From NCBI GenBank assembly GCA_964016885.1, contig OZ024747.1, forward strand, positions 86,862,001 through 86,926,000: a stretch of 64,000 nt of DNA, in the 5' to 3' direction. The position numbers and the translations under genes were made by a program. Position 1 is the first letter of the stretch. Every line of letters starts with the position of its first letter. Below, one piece after another: positions 55,801-64,000 of the stretch. Under the pieces are notes generated by a model. That model ran no database searches. It was not told the origin of the DNA and worked only from the letters and a program-made list of their open reading frames with translations. The DNA is from Eledone cirrhosa (taxonomy: Eukaryota).

Positions 55801-56600
55801 AATTCCATTTTTCAAAAAGAACGAAGCGTTGAAAAGTAAGCAACTTTGTATAAATACTAGGCAGATGACATTTACTTGTATTTGAATGATGTGCTAAGCG
55901 ATATTATTCATTGATATGTATTGTATATTTCGGACAAATCTTTAAATATATATTATTAACTACTACTCCATAAATGTCGAGATAATAGACGTTTTTAAAT
56001 TGATTGCTATTTCTTGTAAAAATGTTATTCTCGTCACCTAGTCTGTATTGTACAAACTATTACCTTGTTAATTCTGCGCATGTGTGTATTATTGTGCACC
56101 ATACTTATATTATTTCGGACATACATGGGGTCCAGCAACAAGTAAATATATCTGATCTCTCTCACTAAGGAACAGAAGCCCCCTCTGATAATGACCAAGC
56201 AATTTCTGGCGGAAATTAACTATCTTAATTAATTGAGACGGCGAATTCTGTTACTTTAGATTGTGAAACTGCAGTAAGGGGAAAATATTTGTTAATCTTT
56301 ATGGACTTAAGTCGCTTGAAAAAAGTTTACATCTGTGGTGAGACGCTTATAAGGTTTCCCTTTTTCTAAGTGCTTTATCGCGATCTTCGCTTTGGTCAGT
56401 TCTGACCCTTACTTGAGATGGTTCTATATTTGTATTTAAAGGCTTCTCTGAATGATGTTCTAAGCGATATTTTTCATTGACATGTAATTTATGTATGTGT
56501 ATGTGTGTGTATGCAAAACTTAAACAGAAACTACAAAACAAATAACACAGTACCATGAAGAAATATATTAGTTTAACGATTGATATAGGAGGAAAATAGA

Positions 56601-56634
56601 CTTTACGTTTCGGATACTAGACCTTCATCAGAAG
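56601..56634 (-). ncRNA. Minimal hammerhead in a diverged pseudo-LTR copy (about 56505-56660)
   Basis: Minus strand CTT-CTGATGA-AGGTCTAGTATCC-GAAA-CG-TA-AAG. Confidence 0.65.
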
Positions 56635-56910
56635 ATAGAATGAGATATATAAGATGAAATAGAAATATAGATAGTGAGAAGAAGAAACGGAAAACTTGTT
56701 TTGTTATTTTGTTATTTCTGTTTTCCTTCTACACACATACCGTGAAACCTTGGGTAATGGAATAACTATATTGTGTTGTTTATTACATAATAATATAGCT
56801 CTGTACTATACATAGAGCACTCTTCTTTCCTTTACCTTTTCCATGGAAATACTTAACATATATATATATATATGTGTGTGTGCGTGCGTGTGTGTGTGTG
56901 TGTGTGTGTA

Positions 56911-57006
<96 letters not shown>

Positions 57007-58328
57007 AGTGTGCATGTGTATATATGTGTGTGTACCTGGTTTGTGAGCGCGCACCCAGACATAAGCGTTCGTTCGCCACTCACTCACACCTTGCCTGCTA
57101 TACCAGTAACATCTTATGATAATTTTCTCCCGCCCTCTTTAATTCTCTCTATATATGATATAAAAACGGGACATCTGACACTTTTGATATATATTACAGA
57201 GACTAGGATGTTACCAGTCATGTTCCTGGTAAATGTACAAATATATCTTTACCATTCAGAGTGACAGCAGGAATATATACTAAATCCACTTCACCTGTAA
57301 CATTACAGTATACACTTGAATATATGTCGATTTCAATATCAGTCGACCCCCAGGCGAAATTCCAAACCTCGTCGATATGCCGAGGCAGCTAATCACTACA
57401 TTATGTTTAAATGGCATGGTGTAGTTTTGAAATTCTCATAAGTATAAAATATATTTATGAAAATTTAATATTTTGATGTTTAAAATGTTTTAAGTATCAT
57501 TTAGAATATAGTTTGTGTTTGACAGCTCCGTTAAATGCCTTTTCCCTATTACATCCGTTTTATAGTTTCAACAAGTTTCTTGAAATTTTATTTACTTCCT
57601 GCCACATACTGGGAGTAGTTGAAAGCAATATATCGAATAAGAGAACTTTGTATAGGGATTCATAGAGTAGAAGAGGAAGGGGGGACAGCAAGCAAGAAAG
57701 AGAAAAGGGAGTGTGACAAAAAGAGAGGGCGAGGCCGGGAGAAGGAAGAGAGAGTGAGAGCAATAAGATGTATCGTCAGAGAAAACACATTGCGTGTGTG
57801 CAAGTGTGCAAGCGTGCATGTGTGATTATGCATGTGCATCCATATATATGTGCGTTCATGTATGTATAATGGATATTTATGTATTTTAAATGTTCGAATT
57901 ATAAATGTTTGTTGGAAATATTTTAAAGGAATAAAATATAAATAACACTAATGATGATATAGTAAAGGTAGAAAAACAAAGTTTCATTGTAAAATAATCT
58001 CTCCAGATTTCTAACACCTTATTTATGTAGGATTTTAAATTGGTGAAAATCTGCAGAATGTTGACCCCAAATATAAGACAATCTCTATTTTACCATCGAT
58101 TTTTTTTTTGTCGTGTATTTCTCGGCTTATAAACGAGTATATACGTGTGTGATAAATACACACCTGTTCATATACAGTTCAGGATTATCCAAAACTGCCT
58201 GAATTGGTTATATGTACATATGTGTATAGAGCCATAAAAACATGCCAAATTTATTTATTTTCCCGTAAATTGAAAAATAAAAGATGAATTAAATATACAT
58301 TTGTAGAAATGCTTGAAACAGACTTCAT

Positions 58329-58394
<66 letters not shown>

Positions 58395-58609
58395 GAGAAA
58401 ATGCGATGTAGTTTCAGATGTTAAAGTCCTTTATTGGTAATGCTGTGATACATATTTCAATGACGATAATGGCCACACGATTCCGTGTACCCAGTGCCGT
58501 GACATCATCAGACAGCTTCTTATATAATAAGGTTACGTTCCCAAGGCAATCCAAACAGAAACGACAAGGGAACGGACAAGGCGTGTGTTCTTGAATAGCC
58601 TGCCCGTGT

Positions 58610-58668
<59 letters not shown>

Positions 58669-59106
58669 TTTGCGCGCACGTGTGTATGTGTGTATGTGTG
58701 CGTGCGCGTGCACTCTCCAACGTTCGTTCTTTAACTCTCAATCTCTCCAAATCTTTGCCTGCTCCTTCCTTGTTCTTAATTCTTTCTTTATCCATAATGT
58801 ACACGCTCTCTCACTATATATATGATGTAAGGCGTTACATGAGAAATCGGAGTAACTAAATAATCAAATAAGGCATTAAGTAACATTACAGAGATATATA
58901 ATGATGAATGCTAACGGTAAAATTTCAAGGAGCGGCTAACAAAGACGAAGCTTTGAATAACTATTATTCAAATTTACTACAGAGGTGAATAATTTTTAAC
59001 TGCTTTGACTATCATTTCAAGGTGAACACATGAACCCGATATGTGAGTGTCTGAGTGAGGAGGAACAAACATTTTAATGTGGGTGCACGTGTACGCACGT
59101 ATGTGT

Positions 59107-59188
<82 letters not shown>

Positions 59189-59879
59189 TTCACAGGTATA
59201 AACCATATTAATTGCAGCTAACCTAGTGAAGTTGCAGCTAACCTAGTGAAGACAAGTTTGACAGTCAAACATCTTAAAGATAAGAGTCGTTACAGAAAAA
59301 AAATATATATTAATGACCAGTGATGACGAATAGAATGTTCCTTAGTGTTACCTAAAAGGACTTTTGGTGTATAATTGAACTCTTTAAAACTACGGTTGTG
59401 ACTTACTGATAGTTCAGTGTGTTCCAAACTGAGGTCCGTAAGTTAAGTTTAAAATGCTATGCACTTTGTTAAAAATAAAATATACATACAGTATTGGGTA
59501 TCTTTTCTTCTCTAATTATAAATATTTTCCCTTTCGATTATTAGTATTACCGTATAACAATCTAAAGGGCAGTAATTGTAGTTAGGTGGGGTCCTTGATA
59601 ATAAAATAGTTCCTTGACAGTTTAACCTCCTAAATAAATAAGGGGGTCCTTCTACGACACCACGCCACACTGTGTCACTTTCGCCTGCACATGTAACAGC
59701 TGAAGCAGAAACTGCCGAGTTAAACAGTATCCACTTAATTTTAATGTCCTCAGTTTGTCCAGAAAGTTTTCTGAATGTGAATGCAATATTTATATATATG
59801 TGTGTGTGAGTGTGAATGTGTGTGTGTTTGTGTGAGTGTGTATGTATATGTGTATTTTACTCTTAAACCAACCTAGGAG

Positions 59880-60440
59880 GAGATATATCTAATCATTCGG
59901 CAATAGATTCCGAGATTATACGCAGAATATCTTGTGGTGCTTCTGCCTTTTACTACCGTAATACTATTAATGCAAGAGCGTGGAATCGAAAAGTCTTACC
60001 AGTTGCAACCAAACTCACAGTGAACAAAGCCATAATTACTGCTGTAGTGAGACGTGGACCATGCTAGCTACCCATCTAAACAAATTAAAACCCTTCCATC
60101 AACGCTCTTTGCGCCAGATACTTAAGCTAAGATGGTAGCACAAAATGAAAAATACAGAGTTTCTACGCCATGAAAAGACAACTACAGTTGAAACAATGAT
60201 CCGGAATTACAGTCTCAGAGGGCTCGGCGATGTATGCCGAATGGAAGATAGTTGCATTCCAAAGCAACTTCTGTTTGGTGAATTAGCAACTGGCAAAAGA
60301 AGCGAAACCCATCCCGCCCCCATGGAAACGCTGGAAGGACTGCATTAAAGAGGACATGAACGCCTTCGGCTTCTACCTCTCAGCATAGCACAACCTGACC
60401 GCTGACCACAGAGCTTGGTGGAAGCAGACAAATAATGGCT
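59880..60440 (+). mobile_element. RTE-BovB-like LINE C-terminal remnant
   Basis: TKLTVNKAI, ETWT....LNKLKPFHQRSLRQIL, LRGLGDVCRMEDSCIPKQLLFGELATGKRS, KRWKDCIKEDM. Confidence 0.88.
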
Positions 60441-60979
60441 ACACTCTTTCAGAATCTTTTTTTCGGCGGCCCTGCATAAAAGATATTTTACATATAGCCT
60501 TTATAGTATTATTGTTAATATGCACCACTTTTAACAACCACCCAACAGCATCTTTCCGAATATAATTATTAGACAGCGGTGTTCTGTGCATTACTAATTA
60601 CGGTAGATTCTGCTGAGAGATCTTTTGGCAAAATGAAGCTCACGAAATGATTCTTGAGAAGCAGGATGTCACACGAACGACTGACTGCCCTAACCCTCCT
60701 TAGTTTTGAGATATAATGTGCGAGGAGAATTGACATCCTTGAAAATAATAAAAGCATTTAATTTGAAAAGATCACTTACAGCCCATTTAATTGAATATTT
60801 TAAAGAAATTCTTGACATTTTTTTATAATTCTCTAATTAATGAAACGTTTATGTTTGTTTGTTTGTTTTTTTGTTTGTTTTTTTCTCAAAATGATATAGC
60901 TCATTGTTGATTTGTCTGCAGAAAATTTCACAAAGGAAATCAGTTTTTTAAAGTATAAATTAGTCGATTAAAAATTTGA

Positions 60980-61125
60980 AAGCAGCGAATTAACAGTCAT
61001 TAGAACGTTGGATAGAATGCTTTGCAGTATTCGGTTCGGATCTCTGTGTTCTGATTTCAAATGCCATCAAGGTCAACTTATCTTTTCATCCATTCAAGAT
61101 CGGTAAATAAAGTACCAGCTCAGTA
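60980..61125 (+). mobile_element. Old diverged main-family SINE
   Basis: TTCTGATTTCAAATGCC...TTTTCATCCATTCAAGATCGGTAAATAAAGTACCAG. Confidence 0.65.
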
Positions 61126-61377
61126 TTGCGATAGTTTCTCCCTCTTTCCCATTCTCTGAATCGCTTTCTCTACATTCTCTTTACTAAATTGGTTGTGCTG
61201 AGACCTGCAGATCAGGCATATATGTTCATTAAAAATGGCACCCCTACAACATTACAAGTAATTAAGGATGCATGGCGTGTCATGGCATTAAACATTGGAG
61301 TGTTGCTAAAATTAGATAGCTTCTAGCTTCTCCCTTATGATTCCTGCAATCACTATTTCGACGTCAAAAAAATGAAG

Positions 61378-61490
61378 ATTGTTGTTGTTGTTGTTGTTCT
61401 TCTTCTTCTTCTTCTTCTTCTTCTTCTTCTTCTTCTTCTTCTTCTTCTCCTCTCCTCCTCCTCCTCCTCCTCCTCCGTCGTCTTCTTCTC
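61378..61490. repeat. (GTT)n(CTT)n(CCT)n compound microsatellite
   Basis: Direct reading. Confidence 0.95.
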
Positions 61491-62634
61491 CTTTTCTAAT
61501 TGCCCACAAGTACTTTACAAAGCTAAGATAAGATTTTAATTTTTCATCCAAAATCTGTTTACTCTACATTTAATTATCGTCTATATTATATATTCAACAC
61601 AAGTCAACTCCTCTTTTACGTAACGGTCGGAGTTTTGGTTCTTACTTTGCATAAAATGAACATTATCTTTTAATAACTTTCTATTTATATCTCAGTGGCA
61701 TAATTGTGATTGATAAAATATACTAAGTGGTTACCTCAATTAAGTATGTTTTCTGGTTATGTAGTTTATTTATGTACCCTCTGTTTAATTATCTTAACTT
61801 GACATTTCTTTTTTCAAATGTCAGACATTTCTCATCTGAGACATTCTATTCTGAAACCCATTCAAATCTAAATATACTGTAGTCTTTTCTATTTCGCCAT
61901 TATCTTCACACCTCATCATCTTCAATAAATCCAGTTTGATTACCGGGGTATTTTTTTCGTATTTATTATAGAAATATTTTATTGTCAGGTTTTTATGAAT
62001 AGTCTTATTTCTTATCATCGGTTGGTTTATTTGTGTTTAGCTTACTGTTTCTCTTTTAATGTTTGCATGATTAAAGATTTTTCTTCTAACCCCATTCTCA
62101 TTTCAAGGCATGATTTCTGTATGCCTCGATTGTTCTTTGGTATTCAACGTACTAAATAATACTTCCATTAAATCCAATTTTTTTGCCAAGTATTATTATT
62201 AATCGTACAGTTATCATTAAGGAACAATCATTAAATCATCGGGGGAAATGTTTTGCGGCGTTTGGTCCTAAACTTTACGATAGAAGCTTAATCCCACCAA
62301 AGTCAACTTTTCAGTTCATCCTTTCAGATTCAATAAAACGAGGAACAGAAGCATATTTAATCGCTTTATTTCTCCCCGCACTCCAAATTGTTGGCTTTGT
62401 GCCAAATTTGGAAAAGATAATTATTATTGAGTTGTAGAAACGATAGGCTACTCTGCAAAATGTTTTCTGATATTTAGATATGGCACTTTATATTCAACCC
62501 TAACCAAAGTCTTTATCTTTCATCTCCCCCCACCCCCAGTCAATAAAATAAGATCTAGATCAATGAAGAGGTTGGTAAAATTAGCAATGTCCCTCTCAAA
62601 AGTGTTCAAGGCATGTGTCAACGTAAGAGACCAT

Positions 62635-62800
62635 TGGATTGGCAGTATCAGTAGAGTTACCAGCATAGTACGTCCCTTTACGATTGAGTTCAAATCCCGC
62701 TGAGGTTAACTTTGCCTTTCTCCTTACGGGGTCGATAAAATAAAGTACCAGTAATGCACTGGGTAATTGCTGGCCTTGTGCCTAAAGTAGAAACAATTAT
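62635..62800 (+). mobile_element. Main-family SINE with an internal deletion in the head
   Basis: Match to the consensus. Confidence 0.9.
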
Positions 62801-63302
62801 TTACTTCAAGTTCAACATTGATGAGAAGATGAGAGTTTAGAGTGGGGTGATTCCCTACAGTAAATTTGCTGAGACGTGGGTAAGAGTGGCGACGATGATC
62901 CTAGAGAATGGATCTAATCACAACATGCATCTGTAGGCCAGAGCGCATAGCTTTATAAAACTAGGCATTGCCTCATGTGAGATTACGCCGTTCTTTGGTG
63001 AAACAGAGATAGTTACGTTCATTCGATCTTCTTGAATAAAGAACGCTTGAAGATGCATTGCCTTCTTACCTAAAATATTTTGCTAATCAAATTATTTCTT
63101 ACCTAGTTTAGGAGAAAGGAAAGGAACCGAAAGTTGAAGACAAGTAGAAAATCAAACTTTCCAGTTGTTGTTTTCCTGTTTCTTTTACAACAACTACAAC
63201 GGTACGCGATGGGCCTCGCCCACAAATATATCTTGTTATTGGCAGCAACGGTGAACATAAGACTAAGATTTTCACTGTATTGTTTATGGCAACATTCCAT
63301 AA

Positions 63303-63373
<71 letters not shown>

Positions 63374-63408
63374 ATAGTAGTAGTAGTAGTAGTGATGGTG
63401 GTGGTAGT
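63303..63408. repeat. (TAG)n microsatellite
   Basis: Direct reading. Confidence 0.95.
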
Positions 63409-63916
63409 TGAAATAATTAATGTTGTTGCTGTTTTATGATAGCCAGTGCCAAAAATGCTAAACGACATTTGCATTGCCCTTTTTCGTTCGAACTGCCCAT
63501 TTTAAATACTATAATACTATTCTTTTCGAAAATGGTTTTCATTTCTTAAATCAGACGAATTAAAAAGACGAATTTAGTGATAGGAACGAACTACCTCAGT
63601 AAGTAACTGCATGATTCCGTGGCGGAAATAACTGTGGATAGAGGTAAATCATTTGAGTAGCAGGGGAGATATATATGGTCGCTTGATGCGAAATCGCCTT
63701 CAATAAGGTAGTCATCTAGAATGTTACAAAGACAGATATATATTCAGCCATAACTAAAATCCTTGAAAGTATGTGTTCGCTCATTCAGGCTTGGTTAACA
63801 ATAACAATACCAACAACAACAGAATTCTAATGTCGACAGGTCTAAATACAGCGCATTTCTTCCAAAGAAGGATAGAGAGTTAGAGAATGGAACTGAGAAA
63901 GCGATATAGAGGAAGA

Positions 63917-63947
<31 letters not shown>

Positions 63948-64000
63948 GTTTCGTTGACAAATATACCAATGTGCCCAGACACGCAGATATATTGCCCTTG

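Noticed and set aside
59211-59251. 20-bp direct tandem duplication TTGCAGCTAACCTAGTGAAG
   Set aside because: Ordinary slippage duplication with no further structure

Overview
AT-rich animal genomic DNA with no recognisable host protein-coding gene. The SINE set and microsatellite load suggest an octopus (inference). Nearly all ORFs in the track are microsatellite read-through. The window holds about 18 young copies of a ~190-bp tRNA-derived SINE, several with clear target-site duplications (TSDs). It also has older CORE-type SINEs, four RTE-clade LINE fragments, Tc1/mariner and hAT MITEs, and a Penelope-like element (PLE) GIY-YIG endonuclease fragment of Naiad type. The most notable signal is about a dozen type-I hammerhead ribozyme (HHR) motifs, intact or degenerate, from about ten apparently unrelated short repeat families. 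Most lie in or beside (TA)n tracts, and many are arranged as fold-back palindromes whose strand-switch point falls in or near the ribozyme. A 624-bp unit repeated head-to-tail and inverted (22222-24294) has its junction just after a CUGAUGA core, which resembles a retrozyme or circular-template product. All structures were folded by eye; no searches were run.
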